Notes: generated by a model from the sequence alone, not told the origin. A stretch of 63,765 bases of DNA, filler included, from Folioceros fuciformis (GCA_049999805.1; 7 parts of 7 records of this genome joined end to end with filler, not necessarily neighbours in it), one strand, 5' to 3'; numbered from the whole stretch's first letter, positions 12,492-26,157 are shown. Numbers and translations are program-made.

Positions 12492-14134
12492 TCAATGCTG
12501 ATACAGCAAAGCAATAGCCACGAGTGTCAACCATATGGAAAAGGCCACCCAGAAATACGGGTTTCTTTCCCACCGTGGTGGATTCCAGACCAGCCAATCT
12601 TCCAAGTAGTCATGCGAAGCTGGAGTCTTCACTTTTGATCTCCTACGCTCCTTCACCATCTGGCTCCAAGTCTTGGTATCTCTGTGGGAAAATGAATAGC
12701 AAACAACCACAGCAACACTGGTGATCACCCCTGTTCCCAACCCTCGTGAGCAACACAACTGGGCCAAGGACAGGCAAACGGACTCACTTATCAGGTTCTG
12801 AACCAATGAGCGGGATGGACACCATCTCGTCCTTGTTGATCTTGAGCTTAGGTGCCTCCAAAATATATCGCAAATCGGCTGCCTGGCGCCTTGTGGCCCT
12901 ATTTGGGTGCGTTTGTTCAAGCCGCTTGTACAGGGCAATGCATTCAGCGTGCCGGTTGTCTGCTTCATAAGCCATGGCTAGCCAGATCTGGACCTGTTCC
13001 AAAGTTCCAGCTGACACTACTCAGTCAACACCAGCCAACGGATATGTGTGTAAGTAAGTGTTGAAGAGTCCCAGTTGTGGAGTTGGGAACCCAACAAATG
13101 GTCCTCATAAGGAAGAAGACAAGAAGAAGGAGCAGAAACACACCTCGCCACCAAGATTTGATTTGTCAGAAACGTTCGTCAAAGCAGCTTCCAGGAGCTG
13201 GACAGACTTATCATAAGCGCCTCTGCCGTACGCTCGTTGTGCCATGTCGAACATGACCTCAGCTTCCTTTCTTTGCTCAGCTTGTTGCTTCGCTGCCTGC
13301 AGCAAACTGAAGAATCAATATCCAGCTGATTATAGACTCTCGTCCTCTCCTCTACCCAGCCAAGCTGAGGCCGGAACACACGCTTACCCTGGCAAGTTCC
13401 TCCCGCATATCCCTTTTTGCTTCTTCTTCGCTGACTCCTGCATCCCCGCCCGCGGCCTGGCTCTGGCTCTGACTTTGAATCCTCTCACCCTCTGCAACCA
13501 GTTCCCTAAAATCCTCGATTGCATTAAGCTTCTCCTTTCCTTCAGCCTGATCCCAGTAGCTTGGATCGCCAAGCGGGTTCGGGTTTCCCTCGCCATCTCT
13601 CCCCGCTACCCTACCTCTCACGTCCCTTACCCTCGGAGCACACGGTTCCACCTCCCTGTATCGCGGAAGCAGAGGGATGCCGCTGCCTCTGGTGTGTGGA
13701 ATGGCGATCGTAGCAATCACACGGTTCCTGTACATGCTGCTGCAGGATTGCTGCGCCTCGATTGTCGGCACAGGAGCATCGAAGCGAGCAAAGGCCGGAG
13801 ATTGGGAGCTGTCTGCAAACATCATACACCAATATCAGACCGTCCTGTCCTGCCCTGGCATCCCCTGAGCCGCGCTTCTGCAGCCAGCTCCGTGATATGC
13901 TTGACAATCGCTGGGATGGGGAAATTCCATTCGCAAGGCAAGGCAAGGTAGCGGGCCATTGACATCGCAATTTCCGAATTCCAAACAGAATTCGGAATCG
14001 CGAAATTTGTTGAAGGCAATCTGCGCTGCGAGGGAAGTGGGGGCACGGGCAATCTTACCAGGACATTTGCGAGGCGGGGAGAAGCAGAGGAGGCCGCCGC
14101 AGGCAGGTGCGAGAGCAGCAGCGCCGACGGCCAT
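12492..14134 (-). CDS. TPR-like protein with predicted plastid transit peptide and C-terminal transmembrane helix (5 exons)
   Basis: Exon 1 14134-14059 splices in frame to exon 2. AQRAYGRGAYDKSVQLLEAAL..LGGE|VQIWLAMAYEA..LRYILEAPKL resembles a plant/cyanobacterial TPR family. C-terminal PYFWVAFSIWLTLVAIALLY. Confidence 0.85.
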
Positions 14135-15366
14135 AGCTGGGCCTGCCTGCTGGCCTGGCCTCTGCCTTTCCTCAGATTCCACGTCGCCTCGACCGGGGGG
14201 AGGTTATGGTTGTCCTTTCACTCTCTGACCCCGCATACTGCAGCTGTTAGGTGAAATTCTTTTACTTTGACAATGTCAAAACCGAACCAAGTGGCAGGCT
14301 ACTGTGGAAAGCAATGCAAGAGAATTCAGGTCGGCTTGCTTTTTAATGTTTCAAGTCACAACACAACCAACGTTCCGGAAAGATCCCAAGAGATAGCCAA
14401 TCCTACGGCAAGCGACCTCAAGCCAAATATGTCCCTGTTCCTTTATGAGAGGGATGGACTCCGCTTCTACCACAACCAGCTATTTGTCATCACAAAGCAG
14501 CCCCATTGCTGAATCTCCGCAAAAAGGCTTGTTTGAGATGACAAGCAGCTGGTACTGATGGGAAGGACGGTTACACGGTCCAAGATACAAGAACTAGTGA
14601 AACCTTGCAATCGTAGAGGGCCCGCAGAGAGGAAGGCTGCGTCACCTCCAACTGCAGGAGCAAGGAGAGACAGGAGATGCTACGGATCCGATCCACCTTG
14701 TCCTAATCTGCTCGCAGCTGCTCTACGACAAGGGCCCGCCGACATCGTTGTCCTCCGAGCACACGCCACTAGCCAACTTCTTGAACTGGAATCTCGGCTC
14801 AGAACTGCACGCAGGCGAGCAACCCCGCAGCTTGCAACGTTAGTCTAGGGCAGGCTCAGCTACGCTAACCTACTCAACAACAAACAGATCGGGCATTTGC
14901 AGGATGTCGGATGCCAGGATGTCCAGTTGGAAAGGAGATCCATCGTTCACCTTGAGCATCAATCCCCAGGTCCCGGAGTTGGACAGTGCGTCTAGAAGCG
15001 CCTAAAAGCAGAAGCGGCGCCGCTTGCCGCAGCTGAAACGCGCACCGAATTGTCAGATAAGACGCGTCCCTATCTCCCGTGCACTGGCACTAAAATAAAC
15101 GTCTCGCTATTTCAAGTCCATTATGTTGAGCTTTGAGGGTTTAATGAACTATAAACCAAGATCCACTCAGTTCCTTAAAATCTACAGAATGTTCTAGAAG
15201 TGAGAAGTAGATGATCAAAAGACTATCTCTTGAACAAAGAGCAGATCATTTCTAGCCAGCTGCTTTTGCTGACCATTAGACTCTGCCGCTGTTAAGGCCT
15301 GCTAGGGATTCCAAACCAATCCATGCTAAGCCTTTTATCTAACCCTGTCTAAAAATATTTCCTTCG

Positions 15367-15780
15367 TGTAGAGGAGCACTAGCCATTGTTCAGGATTATG
15401 CAATAGAGGAATACTAGCCAAGGTGCTAGATTATGTAGAGGAGCACCAGACAATGTTATAGATTATGTAGAGAAGCACCCAACAATGTTGTGGATTACGT
15501 AGAGAAACACTAGCCGAAGTACTAGATTATGTGGAGGAGCACCCAACAATGTTGTGGATTCTGTAGAGAAACACTAGCCAATGTACTGGATTATGTGGAG
15601 GAGCACCTAACAATGTTGTGGATTATGTAGAGAAGCATCAGCCAAAGTGCTAAATTATATAGAGACGCATCAGCCATATAGAGACGCATTAGCCAAGCAC
15701 ATCAGGTTATGATAGAGCTAGCCTGAATTATATAGAGACGCATCAGCCAAGCACATCACGTTATGATAGAGCTAGCCTAT
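15367..15780 (+). repeat. 32-bp degenerate minisatellite (GATTATGTAGAGGAGCAC...), about 10 units, partly alternating A/B types
   Basis: GATTAT anchors at 15429, 15461 and onward. Confidence 0.9.
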
Positions 15781-18235
15781 CTCATAAGGCCCTGTTGATG
15801 CGACAACAGTATTCACAAGAATGCAAACAAGTTTGAAAGTTCTTTAATAGCTTCTATGTTTGAACCAATCTATAATATATCTATAATCACTACATCTTGT
15901 GAAGAGGCTCCTCAAGCATTATGTAACTTGCAGCTAATCCCTTGGGATAGGATTAGATTCTAGTTCATACAATTGCACAAGAACATAGGATTCTAGTTCA
16001 TACAATTACGTAAGTGGGATCAGAATGAGCGGGGATATTGTGTGATGAAACCAGTTTTTGCTGCATGAGATAAACCCTCATGGGACACATAGAAATCACA
16101 ATGTTGAGGTTGCATATGGAAAATGCAGCCAAAATTGAAGTCCTTCCACATCCTAAACTTGTTAAGGAGAGATTGATCTTCAACACACAAACTCAAATGA
16201 ACATTGTGTCTCGAATGAACATCTTGTCGGGCTGGCTGAACAGGAATAGAACACTTCCCTTCCTTCGTATTGAAAAATCCCTGCTCTGAACAAAAAAACG
16301 CCTCCACCCAAGGCCAGTCATTTTTGGTACATGAACCGTTTTTGCACGAGAATTATCAGGAAAATCATCCAGCATTGCTGTCCGACCGTGAGCGTCGCCT
16401 CTGGGCTGAGAAAAGCATAACTGTTCCTGTTGCTATAAATTCGCCTCCCACAGTGCACAGAAACTGCCCCGATTCAATTAACCTAACCAGAGGCAGCGAT
16501 CGTAACTGTTATGACCTTCGTCTGAAACTCCTGTTTCACTTGAGGTGCTTCCTTTTTGGCTGAAGGATTAGGTCAACCGGTGCAACGGAGGCATGTACTC
16601 GCGCAATCCTCCATCTGCAACGTGTGTGTAACAAAAAAACAACAAACAAGGCGTGCCACTCGCTCTCTTCCATGCCTTGTGCTCAGTACTTTGAGTCTAA
16701 CCGTCTGCACTGAATTCGGATCTTTGCAGTGTGCTGGTACATGCTGGGCTCTGATGTAACAGCTGCATGCAACAGAGAAAGAGACCTGTAGACATCTCCA
16801 GCGCGTTGGGAGCATATGTGTGGGAGGGGCCTTTTAATGAAATGTGTGCTCATCATCTCAAGCGAGCACTGCCAGGTCGGTTGGTCGTCCAAGTTCATGT
16901 AGAGATGACGCACCGGCTGGTGAAGCTCCAGCACGAAGGACAGCAGTCTCCAGGCTCCTCGTCCAGCATTGCGTGGGTGGTGCTTCCTTGACAACAACTC
17001 GTCCCTCTGCGGATGGAGCCTTTTATTTACTGGTTTCAAGGCCCAGCTGTTCGGAGACGTAACTTCATCACGCCCACAGTGTGCTGTATTATCAAGTGCA
17101 GCGGCTGGGGACAGTTCTTCCGAGGGTTTACGTCTAACGTTTACCCCAGCTCCTAGTGCACATGAGTCTGGATCATTGGAACGGTGAGTGTGTTTTATGT
17201 TTTCAAGGAAAACACCATGGATGGAGCTAAACTGTGTGTAACGTGGCATTTACCCATGATTGGCCATGGCATGCAGTTGGATGGACTAAGACGTATTGAT
17301 AACTCATGTGGTGAGTTTGATTGATAAAAATAGGGCATTGCAAATGGTACCCATCCTTCCGTTCACATACATGTGCTTCTGCTAGTGGAAGACCTGACTA
17401 GCAATCGATTCCTGGATAGCTTGAACTTGGATTACAATGCAGCTTTCTGGCAACAGTGGTCTAGCCTGAGGTAAGATGTCCTGGTTCCCTCCGTATCGCA
17501 GCTGACACCAACTTGACAACTGGAGAATACTTGCTTGCCCTCGTGAATGTGGGCAAACAGCCTGTCGGCGCCCTTCTTGTTGTGGTTAGACTTCTGAGTC
17601 TTGGAATTGTTTGCTCTGGCGACAATCTAGCAAGCATAGAACCCACGACGGTTTCACTCTTTGCCTCCAGGTTCCTCCCCAAAGGATAGCTCGACCTCAG
17701 GTACACATTTGGAACTCGTCCATGTGTAGTGCCTTCATTTTCCGAGTGCAGAATTTCTCCAAGCAGCTTATGTAAGGTAACGAACTTCCGTCCCTGGTAT
17801 CGTCATTCTGGCTGATTGGTTTACATGATTCTATCTACCCTGCTCACGTAACTTTTTGGGGTTTGGGGTATTTCTTGGGTGACAGACAGGGACTCATTGT
17901 GGGGCACCCGTGTCTATATTTGAAACGGTCCTTTATTCTCAAAAGCACTCTGATCGAGGAAGGGTCCAAAGAGGAGGACGGTGACACCAATAAATCCTGA
18001 TCAAGTGGTGACCTCCACAGGACGACAATTACCACCTTACCAACTTTATTGGCCTTACTTCGCAAAGTTTGCTTGGGTTATGACACGCTAAACCTAGCAT
18101 GTATCAAACTGACAAAGATGTATCCTCAAACATGGACATTATTACAGACAAGAGTCCACAGTCGTGGTGCGTGGAAAGAAGTGAGACATTGTCGCATGCA
18201 CTTTACACACGTCCTTAACTCATCATTTGGAATGC

Positions 18236-21154
18236 TTAGCCATCCCAAGAAGTTGCAGGAGCCTGGCCACTCTCCTCAGTCGCTTGATATCTGTCTCTTG
18301 GATTGAAGGATCCCCTGTCAGTTTCGGAGGTCAACGGCTGAATACTGGATAGCTCTTTTTGCAACACAGGGCCCCCACTGGCAGTGATTATCTTTTCTCC
18401 ACCTACTCCCAAAAAGTCACGTGTCAATCCGTCACTCCCGTCGTCTGGCCCCTGGTTACCTCCAAGCCCAGGAAGAAGCTGCCCCCTCTTAGGCATGGAA
18501 ACCTGAAAAGCATGCTGTGGCCCTCCCAGACTGTCACCCCCTGGCATCCTGTGTTGAGAAGGAATGTTATTTGCCTGCTGAAGACCCGAAACAGTGGAGG
18601 ACACACTAGAAGCCCCATACAGACCTGAGGCTCCCATGCCTCCGGCACCAAAGAAAGGGGGTACACTTCCCATCAAAGGGCTCAACAAGCTCTGGGAGCT
18701 TATAGAGTCTCCACAGAACCCTTGGCTACTGAAGCCACTGTGACCCATGGACGCGATGATTCCATGAGGGTTCGGCGCATGCTCATTTGATCGTCTCAAG
18801 AGCTGAGGGCCAGGAGCTCCCGATGACATGTTTAACATCCCTCCAACCCTGGTCGGCTCTGGGCATGAAGTTTGCCAAAGTGCACCCAAGGCAACCGAGT
18901 TCGACTCCGAACCACTCAAACCAAAGCCCCTCAATAGGGAGCTGTTGCTTGCAGTTGCCCCCATCTGAGCCGCTTTCTGTAACAATGCAGTAGCCGACAT
19001 CTGAGAGGTAGACGATAGCTGCTGCGGATTGAACATAGAAATAGGGACAGCACTCGGAGCTCCACTACTATTCGCTGATGACGAGCTGGACGTCATTCCT
19101 GCTGTTGAGGCCAGCGAGAGGGAAACAACGGCCGAATTGCGATCAGTGCGATTTTGACCCACCAAAGGAAAATCAGGGAGAGCAGACATCCTGCCACTTT
19201 GGGCAACTGTTTTGGTATCACCTTGCATGGGCAAACCCGCACCTGACGCAAACAGGTTTGCAAAAAGGCTGCCTGAACCGTGGGTAGTCAGCGGAACGAG
19301 CCCACCACCTGGTAGTCGTGCCGTCTGCGGTAAGTCCACTGGGCTTATTGACCCTTCCCAATGCATCCCCTTGTGACTTGGTGGTAAGACAAAAGAAGCA
19401 GAATCAAGTGGGCTTAGCTGAGATGGACCTCCACCCTGCTGCGCCTGGGGACCTAGGAGCACACCAGGTGAACACGGAGGTCCCGGCCCTGGGCCCGAAC
19501 CTACCCATAGTGACAATCTTGTGCCTGAACCGGGAGCTGATGGGACAGTCCCTGGCACAACCTGGCCCCACCTGGAGTGTACTAATGAGAGTCCACCTTC
19601 CCCAAGCCCAGGAATATTACTTGCAATTCCTGCTCTTGATGCTGGAGGTGGAAGAGAATCTAAGGGGCCTCCGCCAGTCCGATTTGCCCCGCGTGGAGAA
19701 GAGGGAGCACCCATCAAAGACGTAGGCCCCCCTGAAGGACCTCCGATGATACCACTCTCAGGGCCTCCCCCTTGCTTACCCGCCGAGACTCGCGCACTTT
19801 CCTCTGCCAAGGCATCACAAAAGGCCCGGTGGGTGATGAAACTGTCCCTCCTGTGCATGCATGAAGAAGCATATTAAGGCCATGAGTGTAAGCAATGTAG
19901 AACCTACCTATTTGCGTATTTATGGTGAAACAAAAACTAGTATACTTCTTATCACAATTGCACCAAACAACAGACACAAAAGAAATCAGTCTGCAAAGCA
20001 CATAGAAGATGTGACTGAATGAAAAGCTGATTCTCTGTCACAAACTACATTAACACGCTAGAAAACGAAAACAGATGCAGAGACACACAGTAAATCAAAT
20101 CCCCGCTGCAAACTCTGAGAGAACGTCGGTTCCAATGTTTCAAGAACCTAACCGGGAAAATAAGGTCCCACAATCACAACGATACTCTCGAGTGCCACAG
20201 GTCTTTGAATGAGCCTTCCAATCCGACTGAACAGCATAACGCTTCGAGCACTTCTCACACTTCCACTTCTTCTCGCCATGCTTGCGACAGAAGTGCTTTT
20301 TGATCCCAGTTAAATCTCCAAGTGCTCGTGAAGGATCATGGTGCACACAGGTTGGCTCTGGACAAATATAGACTCTTTTTCGGATCTCCTTACTCGTCCG
20401 TTGTCTCAGTTTCCACGGAAGGTTGTGGCCACGCCTATGAAGCTGAAGATTCTGATCACGCTGAAACCCCTTGTTGCATATTTCGCAAACAAACCTGTTT
20501 GTGGCCATCAGCGTCTTTGGGGAAAGAGCGATAACCTCTGCATCAGGGTCTGCAACCAAGACATAAGCTCAATGCAGGTTAATGAAGCTCAGAATAGCCT
20601 TTTAGAAAAAAGGGAGGGAGCTCAGCTAACCAAGTTAATAAGGCTGTTAACTTGTCCAGCAGCCAGCATGGGCATCCTAGAAGTTGAGCTCACACATGCC
20701 TGGGTACAGAATGCGCCAACAACCCTTGTCGCATGCACATCAATCGACTGGCAGTAGGATGAGGTGGCGTCTGCAAGGACTCTTATTATGATACTCTAGG
20801 CAACCAAAGTCCAAGGCTAACTTGGGCACCAACAAGACCAAAAGCCCTTCAGTAGTCGTCCACCTAGTACCAGGTGGACAGACCTCCATGGACCGACCTC
20901 CAACTGACCAGTCATAAGGGCATTACCAAACCGGACCATGCCAGGCATACAATGCCAGAAACCTATGAACATAGTATCCACACTTCCGCAAAAATGCTAG
21001 AGGAATGCGTACCTGGCGTGCCCGGCAGATTCCTCTTTTTTTTAGCCGGAGGCTGAGAGTTGGTGCAGGCCACGGTCGCGGATGTGGATGGAGGCACACC
21101 CATATTACCAGATGATACGCTGGCTTCACCTGAGGCGGACGTTATGTTCGACAT
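18236..21154 (-). CDS. IDD: INDETERMINATE DOMAIN (IDD/BIRD) C2H2 zinc-finger transcription factor; exons 21154-21013, 20549-20153, 19850-18236
   Basis: KKKRNLPGTPDPDAEVIALSPKTLMATNRFVCEICNKGFQRDQNLQLHRRGH, complete ID domain, MSATALLQKAAQMG and TRDFLG motifs. Splice phases are consistent. Confidence 0.97.
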
Positions 21155-22262
21155 TCTTGACCGTCCCCGGATAAATTTGTCCGGCAGGGCTTGCTCGACA
21201 CCAGTACAGGCGGCAGAAACAGTCTTGAGAAGGACTTGCCTAACAAAGAGTAAAGGCAAGACTAACGGATCGATGCCATCGAGTTGCGGATAAGACACAG
21301 GTTGCACTCGTGCTCCCAGGATGAGCTTCCTATCTTGCCGTAACGTCAACCGAAGTGCTCGTAGACGGCTTCCCCCATTGCACGTACTTGGCAAGAAGTT
21401 CGGGTAGATCCCTGAAGCAACAGTCACCAAAATTGGAAAACCGAAATTTCTCCCACAGGACAACATGNNNNNNNNNNNNNNNNNNNNNNNNNNNNNNNNN
21501 NNNNNNNNNNNNNNNNNNNNNNNNNNNNNNNNNNNNNNNNNNNNNNNNNNNNNNNNNNNNNNNNNNNCCCACAGGACAACATGAAAGGATCGTCGCAATC
21601 CACATGGTCCACGATTGGTAGCCGCTCTCGCACTTTACGGCTCCACTGCAAACCCCCGACACGAACCCATCTGCTCAGGCCCTCAGTCCTTGAAGCTGCC
21701 AATACCACAGAAAACAATCCTGAGGACGGGTGCATGATCAGGCAGGAGGATCTACAGCCGACTCCCATCCAGATGACGCCAACCCTGGTGATCCTTCTCC
21801 GTCCCAGCACGCTATGCGCCTCATTCTCCCCTGCTCGATATTATTCTCCTACCTTCATTTGCTCTCCCGCACGAAAGGCCTCACTTGTTGTAGGTAGCCA
21901 ACACTCATTGTACGGTTGGTCCCGAAAGCCCTAAAACTTAACATTGCGTATACATACTTTGCTTATAATTATGCTGGTCACCGGATGACACACTCATCCG
22001 AATTTTCAACAATCCAACTTTTAACATTATCTTGCTCTCAACCGGTAATAGCCCGTCCTTCAAATAATCATCCTGATATTTAGACGCGGGTCAATCGAAA
22101 CTCTAGGATGGAGCATTTTTTAACTCCCATTATGGAATGCTATATATTTTGTACAATAAAAAAAATCTGAAAGAGTTGTTTTTTCAAAAATATTTTTTTA
22201 TGAGTTTTTTTTAAATCAGCTTTGCATTCTAAATTGCACCAGAATCTTTTCAACTAACCATA

Positions 22263-24270
22263 TGAGGTTTCTCTAGACTTAAGATTCTTTGGCCTCTCCT
22301 CTCTAGGTGGTTAGGGACAATTTATTAATATGATTGTGGATCACGAGGGGCACGAGTCGTTGATAGTTTGTCTGTGCTAGAATGCACGCAAAGAAGGAAG
22401 GGAAAAAGAAAAACGGTTATTAGTTTCACGGGGAGTCCAAAAATGTATGCTAAGTTTGTGTAGGTGGTTATAACTGTTCATAAAACCACTAACACTTAGT
22501 CAACCTAACCTTAGGTGACTTAACTGTTTCATTACTCCCTCTTGGTTGCAATGAACAGATTTAAAAGTATATGTGAAAACATAGCCCCTCAAATGGGTTT
22601 ATGTATAGACAGAACTCTAGCAAAAAACTTGAGTAGGATATGGGCTAAGTTGTTACGCCCGCATCCGTGTTCTCCAGTCACGCGCAAGCTCAGTCCTTGT
22701 CCTCATCCAGCTCACATCTCATGCTCCCTCGTTCTCTATATAAAACCTTAGGCTCCCTACTACATTCCAATACTGTGACCTCTAAGCTGCGTTGTTGAGG
22801 TGTAAGTACTATTGTCTGCTGATGGAGCCTCCCACAGAGCATGTCCTCAGAGGTGTGGAGTGTCTCCATTGTGGTAGGGAATGGATTCCTGGTTCAAGTG
22901 CTGAAGCTCCCTCTGCTTGCGATAAAGGGAAAAAGAGAAGATGCAACGACCTGACAATGAAGGACAGGCACCTATATGTACGTGACTTCTTCATCCATCC
23001 TGCCCTAATGTGCCCTGCTGTCTTCTGATGCATGCTTTCAACCACTACTAATACTCACCTTGCCTAAACACCTGCAGCTCTCCTAGATAAGCTGAAGGAG
23101 ACAGATCAGTTGCTACAGTGTCTGTAGGAGAAGATTAGAGACAAGGGATACCACATCGATCTATAAGCATGCAGAGAAGACTAGTAGGCTAGTGGGCAGT
23201 TCCAAGCTTAAGTGTAGGAGAGATTTGGCTAAGTCCTGCTGCAGTTACATGCTTAGTGTGCAGCAATTTTGGCAATGACTTAGTCAAAACATCAGCTACA
23301 TTATCCCCAGTAGGCACAAAGCGAACATCAACCTCACCTGTGTCATAAGCTTGCTTGATGAAATGGTGAGTGATCTCAATGTGTTTGGAACGGGCGTGAA
23401 AGACTGGATTCCTTGTAAGCGCTATAGCCAACTGATTGTCGCACCATAACCGTGTGGCACCTGCTGGTAATTGCTGAAGGCCTTGAAGGAAAGAACGAAT
23501 CCAAATGGCCTCACGGGCAGCCTGATATAGGGCTCCGTACTCAGCTTCAGTAGATGATAAGCAGATGGTCATAAGCTTCTTACTCGACCAGGATACCATT
23601 GCACCTCCCAAAATATTGCAATAAGCTGCTATGCTTCGTCGTGAATCTGGGTCTCCTGCCCAATCAGCGTCGCAGTAGCTAACAAAGCTCCAGTCCAGCA
23701 GATTGCTTAGTATACTTCAAACCCAGTTGGGGTGTGCCCTTAAGATATCGGAATATCCTCTTTACAACTGACCAATGCACTTCACCCAGATTCTCTAAAA
23801 ACTGTGAAACGTTGCTAACTGCCCTTGAAATATCTAGCCTGGTCCAAGCTGTTAAATACAAAAGGCTTCCTACTGCATGTCTGTAGGGACGAGTAGCCAT
23901 CAGATCCTTCTCCTCCTGAGTAGTAGGGAAGTCCTCTTTGAACAACTTCTCACTGGTGGACATGGATGTTGAAACAAGACGGACCTCTCCCATGTTGAAA
24001 CGCTGCAATAGCTGTGTCACAAAATGCTCCTGATGCAGCTCAACAATGTGTTTGTCCTCCGAAAACTGAAACTGAACACCCAGGGAAAAACTAAGCTGTC
24101 ACAGATCAGTCATGTCAAAACGTGAAAGGAGGGCACTCTTAGCCCTAGCCATCAAAACAAGAGAATTGCTGAAGAGAAAATTGTCGTCCACATAAACCAA
24201 TATAATAAGGAAGTTGTCTTTGTCCCAAAGTATGTACACAGTGTTGTCAGCATCCAAACAAGTAAATCCT
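22263..24270 (-). mobile_element. Ty1/Copia LTR retrotransposon 3' remnant (RT and RNase H at 23189-24270; possible PPT ~22535-22543 and LTR ~22263-22534)
   Basis: YVDD, YRHAVGSLLYL..TRLDIS, DADWAGD..SRRS, SWSSKK..CLSSTEAEY, HARSKHIEITHHFI, NVADVLTK. LTR limits are tentative. Confidence 0.88.
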
Positions 24271-24370
24271 NNNNNNNNNNNNNNNNNNNNNNNNNNNNNN
24301 NNNNNNNNNNNNNNTTAATTAATTAANNNNNNNNNNNNNNNNNNNNNNNNNNNNNNNNNNNNNNNNNNNN

Positions 24371-24568
24371 TACTTCTGGGGAATGGTCTCCTGCTATGCC
24401 AAAGCTCGATCCATGGAGACTCGGCCTCAATGCAAACAATGTCTTGAAACAGCGGGCGGGCAACTCGTTGATATACTTTGTCCTAATTCTCGATCTGCTC
24501 AACATCTCCTAGCTGATTGCTACATTCGTTACTCGTTTGAAAGACCTCTAGATGTGTGCACTCCTTAA
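24371..24568 (+). CDS. Gnk2/DUF26 cysteine-rich protein, C-terminal half (5' end cut by scaffold end)
   Basis: YFWGMVSC-x12-CKQCL..LC.NSRSAQ...DCYIRY, aligns with the neighbouring paralog. Confidence 0.8.
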   Translation, partial: YFWGMVSCYAKARSMETRPQCKQCLETAGGQLVDILCPNSRSAQHLLADCYIRYSFERPLDVCTP

Positions 24569-25671
24569 ACTCATGTTTGCAATGTAAAAAAAGTTGGAGT
24601 TCAAAGAACTCATGGGCACTACGTTGTGTTATGTATCGAGAGAGAAAACACATAGCTTAGCTACCTAAACTTATGAANNNNNNNNNNNNNNNNNNNNNNN
24701 NNNNNNNNNNNNNNNNNNNNNNNNNNNNNNNNNNNNNNNNNNNNNNNNNNNNNNNNNNNNNNNNNNNNNNNNNNNNNGTTTCCGTGACTTATATATCTTA
24801 TTTGATTTCATACATTTCTGTCATTAAGTTCATTGATTGTTGGCACTATTACTATGTTAAATTTATATAACAAAATTCTACTTTTCACACAAAAGGAATA
24901 CTCATGTTGAATGGTAGATTGTTGGTTTCGTATCCCATCTCGTATGTACCATATTGTATGTTTTTTTAATATTAAGTAATATATTTTATTACTTGAAAAT
25001 ATGAACAGTCAATTTATTTGTTCAAATAGATGGCTTTTTTGCACTTAATGAAGTTTATATCAGATTTTTTTGAATAAAAGGCATAATAACTTTATTGTTG
25101 ATCAATCAATAAATTTAATGATCATATGGTTCTAAAAGATTCTTAAGAAGAAAAAAGATTCTTGTGTTAGCTCTAGTAGTTCACCTTTTCTTGTGTGTTT
25201 ATCTTGTAACTTATAAATAAGTTAGTTAAGTTTTTAGGAGTATGCTTTAAATTTAATCTCATTAATAGATGGGCTTTTTTTATACTTCAATTACTTACTT
25301 TATTATGATATAAATGTAATCTAATATTATTCCTTCTATCCTTCCTCCTCCTGTTTGAGATCAAAATTACATATACTAACAAACTGCCATATGAAAAGTG
25401 AGATATTAATGAAGAATACAGGGCGGTCAACTTGTTTTGTTAATTATGTTTGTTAAAAAGTATCAATGAATTCGACTATTATTTTGTGTGCATAATTGTT
25501 TAAAAGTATGAACTATTTGTACTATTATGTTGCGTGTTGATGTTAAACTTGTATGACATCACATTCACAACATATTACATCTTGCACATTCATCACAAGT
25601 TTTATAAGGTGATTTAAATATTAAATGTTTTAATTATCAATAACTTGTTAACTTAAGCCAAGTTATTGAAT

Positions 25672-26157
25672 ATGACGTCCTCTCGATTAGTGGTCATGTT
25701 ATCATGTGTACAGATATTAACAGTTGTTAGATGTGCAAAAGGAGCAACACCAGTCCCACCGTTGCCACAACCAAATACATCTATGGAAAGCTTTTCTTGT
25801 GGACCTAAATTTGAAACAGTGGCTCCAGAAAGAGCAATTTTAAGAACCATGGTGGAAGATTTGGTTGAGATTGGGGTGGCTTACTTCCCTGATGATCTTC
25901 CATACATGTACGAACCTAAGTACCTTATGTTCGGTAATTATTTTTGGGGGATGGTAAATTGTTATGTAACTTCGCCTGAAGTTGCTTTGGTGAATCCTAC
26001 TATGGTTCACGATTCACAGTGCATCGCTTGTTTAGAGATTGCTACGAATAGACTCCTCGATGACTTATGTGAAGATTCGCGTTCTGGGCAAATTCGGTTT
26101 GTGGATTGTTTTCTTCACTACACATTTGATAGGTTGAATCAGTGCTTAGTAGGTTGA
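25672..26157 (+). CDS. Secreted single-domain Gnk2/DUF26 (ginkbilobin-2-like) protein, intronless
   Basis: Hydrophobic N-terminal signal, P.T....SC, GMVNC-x19-CIACL, LC.DSRSGQIRFVDCFLHY resembling the Gnk2 C-terminus. Confidence 0.85.
   Translation: MTSSRLVVMLSCVQILTVVRCAKGATPVPPLPQPNTSMESFSCGPKFETVAPERAILRTMVEDLVEIGVAYFPDDLPYMYEPKYLMFGNYFWGMVNCYVTSPEVALVNPTMVHDSQCIACLEIATNRLLDDLCEDSRSGQIRFVDCFLHYTFDRLNQCLVG

Noticed and set aside
14540..14970. Minus-strand LLSNW..SC resembling an LRR N-cap
   Set aside because: Too short, no LRRs follow, frames closed by stops
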